Positions 1-12,873 of a stretch of 64,000 nt of DNA are shown here, piece after piece (the stretch's first letter is position 1; the number at the start of each line of letters is the position of its first letter). The stretch covers positions 31,500 to 95,499 of the forward strand of contig DF237302.1 in the NCBI GenBank assembly GCA_000708835.1. The letters are read 5' to 3'. The stretch is from Klebsormidium nitens (taxonomy: Eukaryota > Plantae > Klebsormidiophyceae). The notes under the pieces were generated by a model. It saw only the letters and a list, made by a program, of their open reading frames with translations. It was not told where the DNA came from and did not search any database. Both the position numbers and the translations under genes were made by a program.

Positions 1-1698
1 CTGACTACGAAGACTTGATTGGGCGCAATGAAGTGGCCCGCAAGTCCTTTCTGGGCGAATTTGCTGCAAGCACCTACAGCTACAAGTATTGTTGACATTG
101 TAGTGGTCTCCTTTCACCTTTTCTGCACATTCTGTGGGGTCTTGTCTCCGATGTTGGAGGTCTTTTGCAAACGTTTTATTTATCCCCTTCTGGCAATCCG
201 TGATCTAGACTCCAGATGCACAGCGTGAAGGAATAGCTTATGGAAAACACTGTTGCCATTTTGAAAGTCTAACAAGACGTTTTAACTTGTTGAAGTGCTT
301 TGAGTTGTATTGGATCTTGATCAAGCAAGATAGTAACTTATCAACACAAATGATTCCGTACAAAGATGCTGCGTGGCTGATTGTAAGAAGCAGAAGCATT
401 CACAGATGCGTCCGCTATTTTGCATGATGACACGAATGCTAAATGATACAGAACTTCACTTTGTCGTCGCCTCTGGATATCACCTACTTTCAAGTTGCAG
501 CTTGCGACTCTTCGCAGATCAATACACAGCTTTACTGAAGCACGTGAGTCCCCCAAAAAACGCGGCATGCATTTGCAGAATTGAACATTCCCATCCGAAG
601 CACAAGGCTCGGCGCTACCTGTCACTGGTGAAGGAGGTTGTCACAAATGATTCGTACTACACGGAGGTGAGTAACAAGCACAGCTTAAGAAACACCTTTC
701 ACAGCTCAAGTTTTAGTGTCCTGTCAAACACTCGCGGCTAGTCAAGAACGTCTGCAGGTCAGACTGGCAAGTTTTGAGGTGGAACAAGGAAAAGGAAAAT
801 CTGAAATTATCGAGAGCGAACGAACCTATTTGCGGTTTAGCTTATCTAGGTTGAGCGCGCCTTCCTCATGTGAAGCTTCAGGGTACCCCTGGATTACTAC
901 AACAAAATGTGCTGATAAGCGCACATTTTCGCAAACCGAACAATGGCGATACCAATTTCTCTCGACTTCTGTGATCCAACGTGTATACATGGAGAGGACT
1001 TCTTGCTCATCTGGAGGATCCTCATTTCTGGAGATATATTGAGGACTCTCAGGTACTGATCTTGCCGTTGTGGCACTTATTTGATCGTTCATGAGAGAAA
1101 GCTTCTTTGGCAATTGGGCTTTGACCGCCTGTGGGAATCGGTTTGTTTGTGTAGCACACTGCAGTTGCTGCATCTGAGTCTGATCCTTGCCGCTTTGCAG
1201 GAAACTCCGCATCTGATGCAATTTGGGCTTCTACTTTTGGAGGCTGAGGTTGACAAGCTGCCCCCCGAAGTCTCCCCAGAGGACTCTCCAAATTCGTCGG
1301 CCTCGGGTGTCCGAAAGGTCGTGGAGATAGAGGAGTCGGAGTCGGATGAGGAGGAGGAAGAGGGATCCAGGCGCTCTGGACTTCGTGCTTGCTGGTGAGG
1401 CTTGGTGATTGCTGGTGAGACCGAGATAGAATCTGCTGAGAATTTTGCAAGAACAGTTTGAAAGGATTAATGAGATATTGAGAGACGGACTTCCGACTTA
1501 TTGGGTCATTCGAATTCCTCCGGATTGTAAGAGAGGAGGACGTGCACGAAGTCGCTCGCTGGCAATTGAAGTTTGCAAAGTCGGTGTTTCTTGCCATCGC
1601 GTTTCCTTTCTTCATTCCGGGGACATGGTTGATACTGAAGTAGCTCTGGCCTCCTGCCGTGCAGGTGGCGACAAAAGGCGGGAAGACTCTTGGATTGA
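1..1698 (+). CDS. Orphan tandem family, copy A (3' part only, exons 5-8; 5' end outside window)
   Basis: Exons <1-85 (DYEDLIGRNEVARKSFLGEFAASTYSYK), 579-666 (IEHSHPKHKARRYLSLVKEVVTNDSYYTE), 1201-1394 (ETPHLMQFGLLLLEA...RRSGLRACW), 1665-1698 (WRQKAGRLLD*). All junctions are GT-AG, in phase, and homologous to copies B and C. No known domain recognised. Confidence 0.8.
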
Positions 1699-2589
1699 AG
1701 ACCTACATGTTCTCTGCTTGCGGATCTCATGGAGATCCTTTGTGTAGAAAAATAGAGAGGAAGTCGGTGCATGCTTAATCAAGTAGGAAGCTGCCGTCAA
1801 AGATTCAGCGCAGATGATAGGAGTCATGTAAACAAATGGAGGAAAGTTGCAAGAACTGGCAGCACACTTGAAGCAGGCTCAATCTCGATCAGCCCGCTCA
1901 AGATGAAACCGATTTCGATCAAAAAGTTGCCTTATTACGGTCGAGCACTGCAGAAGCTGGCTGCGAGCTTGATCACCGACATATAATACTGCTTCATGAA
2001 GCCCGCAGTAATACCATGATGCGGGAGATTTAAAGCCGATATCTAGTAGCCTGCACGGGGCCTGCGCCAACTTCAATTGAGCAAACCTCGTGCAAAGCTC
2101 TGGCAGGCGTGGAAAAGCGAGAGCGCCTCACCTCGCCGCAAAGAATGCAAAAACCTTACAGAGCGCGAAAAACAAGGGCTTCGCATGACTTGTAACCCAA
2201 AAATTCCAGCAGCAGTGCGCCGCGATCTCGCGCGCGCCCGCAATCCTCCCGCGATTGCGGAGGAATCGGGATGCGAGTATGCCTTCGCGGGCGATTGTTG
2301 CGTCAGCTCTTGTTGACATGGCGCCCATCCCTCTGGGCTATACCACGCCCTTCGGATGCGCTTGGGACCGTCCAGTGCCGGCACGAACTGCCCCAGGCGA
2401 ACCGTGACGTCAGCCCCGGACGGCCGCGCGGTCGAGAATGGTCTCGAAACGGCCATCGGGACATCGTGAAAGGGTTTTGGGTTTGTACGTAGTTGACGTA
2501 CCAGCCTGACCAGCCGTCAGCCGCGTCGCCGGATCGCGAGTAGTGGGGCTGATCTTGCACAAACCTCGAAACCCGGCTTGGTCGCGAGT

Positions 2590-2614
2590 GCGCGCGGCCG
2601 CGACCTGACAGGCG
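2590..2614 (+). promoter_or_regulatory. Conserved upstream motif of orphan copy B (GCGCGCGGCCGCGACCTGACAGGCG)
   Basis: 24/25 identical to 7768-7792 upstream of copy C, while the flanks have diverged. Lies ~135 nt before the ATG. Confidence 0.55.
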
Positions 2615-2748
2615 CGGCATCTAGCTGGCATGCGGTCGCCCTAATCGAGTCTCCAAACTTAGGTTTTTGATCGGGTGCAGATGGGTGCAGCGTGCTGGCC
2701 GTGCTTCAGTCCATCTGAGTCAGAAGAGTGAAGCGGCCTGAAACGACG

Positions 2749-5700
2749 ATGGCGACGGAGCTCATAGAGCCCGCGAGCGTTCACCTGATCAAACCTGACC
2801 AATTCAGTGACCATCCTCTTGTCAAAGCCTTCCGAAGCACTGCGTCCGGCAGCGACGTTCCAGTACTCAAGGTTAACGAAGATGGAACTGGAGGCGCTCT
2901 CATTCCTCTGTACAGCGTGTCCACCGTTCAAGAGCTGATCCGCTGGGTAACCGCACACCAGATCGGCAGGGAATCGGCAGGTGCTGAGAATAGCTTCCAA
3001 CCAATCCTTGCACATGAATTTTGTACTACAGGATGCTTGCAAGTCAAGTGGAAGACGCTGAGGTCATTATTTCTCCTCATGCTGGAGAGGCTTACTCAGA
3101 CTCAATTCAAACCTTGCTGGATCGACAGTTATAAGCGGTGATTTGCAATCTGCAGAGCTCTTTGGTTATGCAAGCGGTTGAAGCTCTAAACGCAATAAAT
3201 CGCCGAACAATCTGTTGACGAGTCCGGCTGGGGGAATTATACCTGATGTGGTTTAATTCAAAACCTTGCAGGGCTTTGGAGAGTCAGTCCGGCCAACGGT
3301 TGAGTGGATCCTGGCACACATTTTCACTGAGGTGACCCAAGAGTATGTGAAGACCAACTGGAAGACTTCAAAGGGTTTGCATCTCTTGGAGTAAGCTCAA
3401 TCGATATCATAGTATCATAGTATGCGGCTCTCCAATTTTTGAATCTTGAGTGCGTCGTGGGATTCGCTTCGCATCCTTTGAATCTCCTCTCGCTCCCTTT
3501 TGCCGCACAGCGTACAATTCCGAACGAGTTCAATAACTTCGTTCATCAATGGATTGCCGCTTTTTGCGCACGTTGAAAAGACTTAATCTGGGTCCAACTT
3601 ATCAAAACGATAAGCGAAGCCAGGATCACCACCCCAGAATTTGGGCCTGGTCATGTCACGGCTGCAGACTGTTCCGTCTTTACTCTCTTGGCATAAGTGG
3701 TGCTCAGGGTGTGCGCCAATGCTAATTCGTTGGTAGTTTAACATGGTAAGTTGGAACCAGTCTGGGAAGGAGGCTTGAAAAAAGCAGTGAATATCGTATG
3801 CACCATGGTCTGCAGACGACTTATCTGCCTTCCGGATCCGGATGACGAGCTCGACAAGCGTGGATTTCGTTTGTCTGATGCACCGCCGGACCGCACCGCA
3901 GTCTACTCCTCCTGGTTCTCGGAACACGCGAAAGCAGCTTGCCACTTTCTCTCAAGCCCTGACCAATACGACTTCCTTCCCGGGGCCAAGAACGGAAAGA
4001 TTGCGTGTAAGTAATTTTCTGCATTTTACCTTGTGGCCATGCTCACGCTACCAATTGCGCCCTTCGTTTCAGCTGAGTCAGAATGCAGGCAGGGGCCTTC
4101 TGGTCTCATCATCTTATCTGCTTCCAAAGCGCAGAGTCCCTTTCTAAAGAGCTAAAGGAGAAAGCTGTCAGACCCCGTAGCTAGCCGCGCCAATCGCCAA
4201 TAGTATGGGGGCGCCATATAACCTGAAGGTTGCAAGCACGAATTAAGATATCCACAATGGCAACTTTCTGAGCGATAACACCGCGTCAGTGCCAGGCGCG
4301 GCGCCTGTTCCAGGTTGTAATAGATTCAGAAATATTCATGTGGACCAACCTGGTTGACTCAGACCTTGAAGCGGACGCGACTTCGAGAGGCTTGTTTAGG
4401 AATGGGTCCAACCAAGGGACGTTCAAGTGAAGCTCTGGAAGCTGCGTTCCTGGCCTTTGCTTTGGAACTGCTCTCGGCCCGACCGACAGCAAACGGAGTG
4501 AACCACCTTATCTTTGCACCCTGACTGCAGGTCTTGGACGAAATCCGCAGGAGGAGGAAAAAGAGAAGCGCGACCCGTACCCTCAGGCAGTAGCACAACT
4601 GAATAGAGTTCTCAATGACATCTTACGGAACGGCTTCCAAAAGTTGCAGTCTGTGAGAAATCTATTACGGCACGCTTCGCAATACATTGTTTTCTCTCAT
4701 AGAAGAAAGGCTCTTCATCCAAAAGCAAACTTTTCAAAACATCCAGAAAGCAATCCTTCCTGATCTGAGAACAAGAACATCAGAATCTTGATGGCGGTGT
4801 TCATAATTGAAACATGAGTTTCATTTTAGGGGTGATCTAGCTCCTCTGCAACTTTAATCATTTGATCAGGTCCTTTGGAATAAGACTAGAGCCTCCTCAT
4901 CGAATCTTTAAGAGCAAGACAAAACTCAGTAAAAATCATATAATGGTCTGCTCCTCAACATTCCTTGCTAAAGACTTCTGAATAGTTGCCTGTTTCAGAT
5001 CTGCAAGGACAATCTCGACGCGTGATTACGAGTACTTGATCATGCGCGATGAGGTGGCCCGCAGATCCTTTCTGAAAGAGCTCACTGCAAGCACGTCCGG
5101 CCCCAGGTGATAATATTAGCAGGGGTTTACTTTCAATCTATTTCGCAGCATTGAGATCTTACGTTGGCAGATATTGATGGCAATGTTCTGAATACAATTT
5201 CGGTACTGACAAGACCGTGTGCCTAAAATTCCCGCCTAGAGTTCCACAAATCACCTGCCCGCAGTCGCTTCGTTGTCAGAGAAACTTAAAGCGAGCAACA
5301 GGGTTTCTAATTGCGTCCGCTGACTCTGCGTCGACTAACGGTGACTTCAACCAGACAGACTTCGATTACTTCCCGCCGACTTTTGCTTTTCGCCCACCAG
5401 AACAGAACTTCGAAGCAGGTTCCAATCCCACATGTGCACATGATTCTTCGATCACTGATCAACAAAAGAATTCAACTGCAGATATGGAGAGTTCCGTCCG
5501 AAGGAAAAGGCTCGTCGTTTCCTGTCTCTGATAAAGGAGATCGTCGAGAAAGATCCATTCTACACAGAGGTAGGTCGCACACATGGCTTTGACCCACTTG
5601 AGCAGCTCTTTACAACTTTCCAGGTCGTTGTGACCCGCGCGGAGATCTAGAGTACTGCAGAACAGGATCGTATACACTCAGAGGTGTAATTAGGCAGTAA

Positions 5701-7004
5701 GGTAGATTTACATTTCTTAGGATCTGAATGGCCTTCGCAGCTTTTTTCGAGTTCAGCGCGCCCTTTGCGGTGTGATCAACCTGCACGGGGACCTCTGGCT
5801 TGTATCCTACGCTTTAAGTCAGGATCTTTTGTTCGTACAAGAGCATCCCTGATGTTTCGTGACAAGGCCATTCCTGTGAATGGCGTTCAAGGTGCCGATA
5901 GTATCCGCTCCGCTTCCATACCAATGACCCCGAGCTCTAAATTGTAACCTGCCATACTGATCTTCTCCAAAAGCCGGAAGAGAAAGTCTGGACATCACCG
6001 GCAGAAGCAAGGGGAGGTACTGTTCTTTCGGAGATGTCCTGTACTCTGCGCGTGCGTCGCCAACCCGAAGAACGCTATCTCCTAACCTGGTCCTCCCTGC
6101 TTTGCAGGAGACTCCGCACCTGATGCAGTTTGGGATTTTTGTTATGGAGGCGCGGCTCAATGATATGCCCGAAGTGTGGCCAGTTCCGTCAACTTCGGGC
6201 GTCCGGCGGAAGGTCTTGAAGCTGGAGGATTCGGACTCCGAGGGGGAGGAGGAGAAGGGACTCAAGCGTTCTGGACTGCGTGCACGTGCACGTGCTTGGT
6301 GGTGAGACTCCGTGCTTGCTGATGAGGCCGCAAGAGAGTTTTCTTTTGTTTGTTAGGGAAGATGGGGAGAAGAGGTGATTACAAAATCGTACGCTCCCTC
6401 GTCAAATTTGCAGCCTTCCGGATCGACGCCGCCGCACCGCGCGTGGCGCATGCAGAAGACAATCCTTCAACGCGCCCGCGACTGGCCGCGCCGACCCCTC
6501 CTTGTATGTTTGCTACAGAACGGAACGTGTTAGACGCGCGCTTGGCAGCTAGGTAGCGCTCGGCGCGCCAGGCGCTGCCAGAAGGCTTCGGTTCTCTTCA
6601 TGGCGTTTCCGAGAGGTTTAGGTTGATCTGGCAATCGCTACGGCAGCTTGGAAAACCTTCCGGACAGGTTCCGGACAACGTCCGGAGCGTCCACTTGTGC
6701 CCGATTTCTGTCTCGTGACTGCAGACAAACTCCGGACATGGGATATGAGTTGCGAACAAGGCCCGGACAGCGTTCGGACAAAAGGCTTTCTCACAGTGAC
6801 CTAAATCTAGTCCTTCAGCTCCATGATCAAGAACGCCTCCCAATCGAAGATCATGACCAGAGAGGGACATTTGAAAATTCTTGCCCTCAGGAGAATCTGA
6901 TGCCTACATCCATCTACTTTAATGACGAACATCTGGAATCTGAAAACGTGGTCTCTCGTCGTGCCAACAGGTGGCGACGGAAGGCTGGACAACTTCTGGA
7001 TTAA
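2749..7004 (+). pseudogene. Orphan tandem family, copy B (frameshifted, probable pseudogene)
   Basis: Exons 2749-2946, 3272-3390, 3816-4006, 4531-4652, 4999-5106, 5482-5569, 6108-6301, 6971-7004, each homologous to copy C. Exon 5 is 108 nt versus 125 nt in copy C. A 14-nt deletion gives ICKDNLDA* (TGA 5023-5025), and the conserved DYEYLIMRDEVARRSFL continues in a shifted frame. Confidence 0.75.
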
Positions 7005-7767
7005 GGACCCCACCATCCTTTCTTGAAATTCCTAGTCTTTCAGAAATCAAAAAGAAGTAATTGATGCATCTTCGTCAAAGTTTAGGAGGCTGCAGTCATT
7101 TTTCAGCGTAGCTCTCTAAGATCAATTTTGAAAAAAGATTCAGACTGTTTTCAAATATGGCTCCACCTCTGAAAGTACGATAAGCTCGCTCTCGATCAGC
7201 CTGTACAAGACGAGACGCACTCCATGAGTCATGTTGCCTCGATGAACGGCGAGCACTGCATCGTTGTTTTTGGGATGATTCGACATTGGCGCACTCAATG
7301 TTTTATGAAGCATCGCTTAGCATCATGCGGCGATTGAACCAAGATACGACTCGCCAGCGCCAGCTCGTCGCTAACCGGTACCTTTTGCCCGGCCGCTTCG
7401 TGGTCAAAGATATATGAGTGCAATAAGGCATTCCATATGTTATCCTGAACCCCTTCATGACAAAAGTGTTCAAAGGCGCAATAATTGAAGCTGCGGTGGT
7501 CAACAACCCGTGCTCTGAGCTAGGCAACCTTTGGCTGAGGAGCACGTAGGCTGGGTTGCAACGTACGTGCGGAGTCGAATTCCGCTGCTCCAAGAGCTCA
7601 CTACTGCAACAACGATGGTGCAAGACAGCAATTTTAGACCCATTGAGCACCTCAGCAGTAGCAGCGGACTCCGTTCACAAAAGCGGATTGATCCGCCGCC
7701 TTCGACGGACTTCTCCGGAACATTCAAAGTTTTGACACCGAAACCACGCTAAACCCTCGTTCAGAAG

Positions 7768-7792
7768 GCGCGCGGCCGCGACTTGACAGGCG
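7768..7792 (+). promoter_or_regulatory. Conserved upstream motif of orphan copy C (GCGCGCGGCCGCGACTTGACAGGCG)
   Basis: 24/25 identical to 2590-2614. Lies ~65 nt before ATG 7858, preceded by the telo-box-like CTAAACCCT (7749-7757). Confidence 0.55.
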
Positions 7793-7857
7793 GCGCGCTG
7801 GCCCGCCATGTGTGTGCTAATCTAGCGCTGTGCTTTGCTTCAAGAAGCTTCAATAAG

Positions 7858-10800
7858 ATGGAGACAGAAGCTGGCGGCGTCCCCTTTACAGACACTAGCA
7901 CGACTGGCGAAAAGGATGGCCATCCTGAGAACACCCTCTTGAACATCGTCACAAGCACTGTGGTCGACACCCTCAACGATGGTGGATCTGCGGCCACTTC
8001 CACCCCCTTATACAGCGTCTCGGTCCTGCAAGAGCTCATTCGCCGGGTAAGAACGTGTCTGGAGATCAGGCGCCGGCAGTCAGCTCATGTTGGAAAAAAT
8101 CTCGTTTGAAACTCAGATTTGGAAGTGCGAATGTCAGGCCTTTGCTCGAGACTTGAACTTGTTCAAAATATTTTTACTACGTAAGCTGAAGCCAACGTAA
8201 GCTAATAGCTTTTTCATGCATGAACTTCAAGCCTAAATAGAAACAATAAGCTTATGTTAAGCCCTTGTGTAGACGAGGCAGGCTATGATGTTGTTTTGTT
8301 CAAGATCCTGCACACTGTTGGAGAGCCAATTCGAGAATTGGTCGAGCGGACCGTGACAGAAATCTTCGACGACATAAGCCAAGACTACTACAGGACCAAC
8401 TGGAGTAGGACTTCGAAGGGCTTGCACTTCTTAGAGTAACGTCCGGACAAAACCCTGAGGCTCCGATCCATCATTTTCATGGAGATGGGGCCTCACGACC
8501 TTTCACAAAAGCTGCTACAAATCGTATTCAAGGTTCTGTTGTATGGTCACCGCGTGTTTTGGTCAGGACCTACTTGCTTGAGTATCCCCAGAAAATGAGG
8601 GGCCCTGTGGTCATAAGCTAACGTGCCCGACGAACCCACTCTGAGCAAACTGAGAAAATGTGCTAACTGGGCATGTTATTGCAACACCCCTTTCCGCAAT
8701 GAAAGGGGTGACAGAAGAACCAATAGCAAAAGGTTAAAAAGGTGACCCTCTAAGTAACAAGAGTCATCAGACTCTTCTGAACAACGTACGTACCGTCGTT
8801 TACAGGCGACTTGTTCGCTGGGACTCTCGGTACAAGAGCGGAGCTCGGGTTTCTGATCTACCGCCGAACCGCATCATGCTCAGAGCCACTTGGTTCCCGG
8901 GAGTGTCAAGAACTGCTTGCCAATTCTTCTCAGCCCCAGACCAATACGAGATCCACCCAAAAGCCCAGAAAGGTAAAGTCTGCTTGCACAGTGTGTTATG
9001 GTTAAAAGGTGGCCGAAAATCTATCTTTCAACTCGACGTTACGATGATATCGTATAGATGCCGATAGGCCTGTAAAAGACGGCATCTCGGGCTCGTCAAG
9101 TACTGTTCCTTCGCCTCCGGTGGACAGAGCTTAGACAGGGTTGACTTTGGAGAACAAGAGTCTTGGAAGAGTAGGGAAGCAACTATAGCAAGCCGCCATC
9201 ATCGCAAACATGGGACGCCATGACATTGATTTCAAACATGGGCATAAAATCTAATTAACCCGTTCAAGTTGTAACACTGCTTGAGGAAGCGTTATGGTGC
9301 CCAAAGCCAGGCGCAAGACTCGGGCCGACGATCAAGGAAACGACTTTCTGTTTCTGGTCCGGGCCACCCTCATTTTCTGAAACTGAAGCGACCTTGAGTT
9401 AGGGGTAACATAAGCGGGTTCCAATGAAGGGTCATCCATGGCCAGAAAATTTTCATGAACCTTTGAAGATGCTGGTAAGTTTCTTCGCTGCCTCTTCCTT
9501 ATTTAATGGAGTCAAACGAACGTCACGCGTTCTTTTGTTCCCTGGCTGCAGGTTTTCAACCCGAATTGCACAAAGTTGAGACCGAGAAGCACGACCTTCA
9601 GGCCGAAGCAACAGCACGACTGGAGGCTGTTTTCGGTGACATACTACGGAACGGCCTCGAAAAGCTACAATTTGTAAGCTGTTTCTATTTCTGCTTATCA
9701 CTCGCTTTTTATTGACGTCTTCTTCTATTACAGAAGGCATGGTTCTCAGTCAAAGGCAACCTATATAAGACTTCAATACATGCAACAGATAATTCCCCTC
9801 TGAAAAAGCAAGATTTGGCAGTTTATGTTCGGGACACGGGTTCCTTCAAGGCCTGACACGTACTACAAATCTGGACACGAATGATTTCATGGCTCCGTCG
9901 CAACCTTCCCTGACCAGCGTTTTAGGCTGTGAGCCTGGTTGCACCTGTGCAAACAATGAGTCAAGCATTCGACTCAGATTGTACAGTATCCTTGAATGAG
10001 CGGTCCGTTCTCTATGTTCTGATTTATCTGGACTGGATGATCATTGCAGATCGTCAAGGACAATCCCGGCGCGTGCAAGATGCTCGCTGAATATGAAGGT
10101 TTGATCGGCCGCGACGAGAATGCCCGCAGGTCCTTTTTGGGCGAGTTCGCTGCATCATGCCTACATGGCTCCAGGTAACGCAAGGATTCTGGATTTGTCC
10201 TCTAGCATGTGCTGGCGGCCCTCAAATATGTCCTACTTTGGTGTTAACTCTTCCGAATATCAGTGTGCAACATGTATGTGGCGGGAAGCTTGAATCTTAT
10301 CTGACCTCATCATGTGCTCCTCCATCGTTCTCCTTACTGCCAATCATGGATAATAGATCTAAATGGAGAAGCATCTTGTAGAAGCTGCTTCCGTTGAGTG
10401 ATCCCGTCATATAGTAATTCCCAGACGGGAGCTTTAGTGACTTTTCCCAATGTTGTCTCCGCACGCGATCGCTTCCTGGCAAGCAATGAGGTTTGTAGCA
10501 TAGTATGCGTTAATAGTATGCATCACGAGATCAAAGGTTTTTGCAACTCTTCCAACGTCACAACCTTAAATTTACACGTGATTATGTGAGGAATGAGAGT
10601 ACACCTTTGCAGAAACACTTACCCGAAGAAGGAGCAGGACGACCCTCGGCGCTACCTGTCTGTGATAAAGGAGATCGTCGAGAATGATCCGGACTACACC
10701 AAGGTGAGTTACAGACACGGCTTTGTCCGGCTATAATGTCGTTCTAACTATTCTGTAACACGCGCGCCCCACTCGAGGCTTGTTCAACGGATACAGCATG

Positions 10801-11488
10801 CAGGTCAGGATAGGCGGCGTACATTTACCCCGAAGTGACATCATCAGAAGCTCAGAAAACTTATATCCACATTCTAGCAACAAAATGGAGTGGTTGATTG
10901 TATACTTCTTATTTGCTGGACTGCACACCACAAAGGCTGCCGCTTCCATGACGCTTGCCCCTTTCACTCTGCAGGACACTCCGCACCTGATGCAATTTGG
11001 GCTTTTGGCTTTGGAGGCGCGGCTCGACAAGACGCCCGAAGACCCCCAGGTTTTGTCGGCCCCGGGCGTCCAAAAGATCTTGGAGCTGGAGGATCCGGAC
11101 TCGGACAACGAGGAAGAGGCGTCCCAGGATTCGGACGAGCAGGAAGAGAAACAGAAGCGTTCCGGAATCGGTGCTTGCTGGTGAGATCCGGAGATAAAAG
11201 TGATGACGTGCGGCACAGAGAGAAAAATCAAGGAACAGAATTCTCCAAAAACGCACGGATCAGTCAGCTTTAGAATTTGCGGGCTTTGCCAACTGATTTT
11301 GTCACTTCAGGTGCACATGAGCTCCACTCGAATGACGAGAACGTGTACAGATTCGCTTGCAGGCAAAGTCGATGCCTCCATCCGTTTCGTCCCTACTTCA
11401 CGGACATAATTGGAAGTGGAATAACCTGGAAACTGGAAATACGCTGTGCAGGTGGCGGCGACAGAAGGCTGGACGACTTCTGGGTTGA
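7858..11488 (+). CDS. Orphan tandem family, copy C (intact, 8 exons, 355 aa, unknown function)
   Basis: Exons 7858-8046, 8305-8435, 8806-8972, 9552-9673, 10050-10174, 10613-10703, 10975-11180, 11452-11488 sum to 1068 nt (356 codons) with all phases compatible. Motifs shared with A/B: PLYSVSxxQELIR, NWx(x)TSKGLHxLE, PDQY, DILRNG, ARRSFL, RRYLSxIKExV, TPHLMQFG, an acidic patch, and CWWR(R)QKAGRLL. Confidence 0.85.
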
Positions 11489-12114
11489 CAACCTACCTGC
11501 GCTCTGCTTGGGAATCTGAGAAAAGCAAAGTCGGTTCATTCTTCGTCAAGTAGGGGGCTGCCATAAACTCGTCACCATAGCGTGCTGAGTCGAGAATCGG
11601 TCTGGAAAGAATGTCGGAATGTTGCCAATAAGGGTTGCACTCTTGAACAAGGCTCACCCCCGATCAGCGGGCACAACATAAGACCGACTCTGGTCAGGTC
11701 GAGCACTGCATAATCTCGTTGAGAGAAGAAACAACGAAGTACATCATGAAGCAACGCACAAATAGAACGAGAGGTTAAACCCGAGTTCCTAGCCAGCGCC
11801 AGATTTTCACTAATCCTATTCCATGTTCCGAGGCCGACCCGGTCTTTAATCTAGACTGTACAGGGGATCCCGTCTCAATGCCGCATAAAGGTGCAATGCT
11901 AGACTCCAATCGGACCTCGCCAGTTGGATCCGATCGCCAGCGTCTATGAACGATTCCCGCATGCTCCGAGCTAGTGCATTTAGCACTTGGTACGTAGCCA
12001 ATGCAAATAAGGACGACACAGGCCAATTGGCCAGCTGGGCCAACAAATCACTCAACATCATGCGTAAAGCAAGATATATTAGTCATCGAAACTACTGTAG
12101 ACGAAAGCACGCTA

Positions 12115-12873
12115 CACAAGCTACCTATGGTGGGTACCGGCCGAGTCAATTTTGACTCCGACCGCCACAAAATTGTAATACCGCGTATCGAATTCCGTCA
12201 GTGATACCGGCGGTTCACGTCACGGCAACTCAGGTTTCTGTTACTCGGGCGGTACAAGTACTCAGACAATATTGCTCGGCCGTAAGTCAGTGTTACAGGA
12301 GTGAAAGACAGTGTTATGTTTTACACTTGTGTGTGAGCATCAAACTGGCACACAAAGAAGAGCCTTATGCAGCCCATAGAAAGCTCTGACAAGCAAAGAA
12401 AAATGTTGGGAGAGCACCTTGAGGGTTTGTTTGAAGACCCAACATAAGGAAATGTCGAGGACAAATCGGAATAAGCACCATACAAGCCTCAAAGTCGGCC
12501 GGCATTGCTTGCTCTTGAAATGCGCCTTTTCCTACACTCTTCTTTCAACTTCCTGCACTCCTCTTTCAAGTTAAGTACCGCGGTACCCTCAGGTGGTTCG
12601 AGTCGGAACTTCCGACAAACACCATGAAATTTCAAATTTGCGGACGCGCAGACTTGCGCGGTACTGTACCGCCGAATATACCGGAGTTTACCGTTCGTCG
12701 ACATGTCAGACAATTTCCAATTCATGAACTCGGACCGGATTCTAAAGTACGGCCGAGTACGGTCGTCAGTACCGTGTACATGAAATGTCGCGACGCGTAA
12801 CACCGGTGAGTCAATTTGGTGACGGTACCGTCGCGCGATTGAGACCGCCGACACCCACCATAGGTAGCTTGTG
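12115..12873. mobile_element. Non-autonomous DNA transposon (MITE, Tc1/mariner-like TA target)
   Basis: Perfect 21-bp terminal inverted repeats CACAAGCTACCTATGGTGGGT (12115-12135) and ACCCACCATAGGTAGCTTGTG (12853-12873), with TA on both sides (12113-14, 12874-75). The 759-bp interior shows no credible coding sequence. Confidence 0.8.

Noticed and set aside
1445-1747. 100-aa ORF and homologous ...GGDxRxDxFW... frames after each orphan paralog
   Set aside because: Splice phase from the CTG|GTGAG donor selects the other frame (WWR..KAG.LL), which ends at a matching stop in all three copies.
7749-7757. CTAAACCCT, identical to a plant telomerase RNA template
   Set aside because: It lies in the promoter of orphan copy C with no USE/TATA Pol III context. 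A telo-box-like element or chance is more likely.
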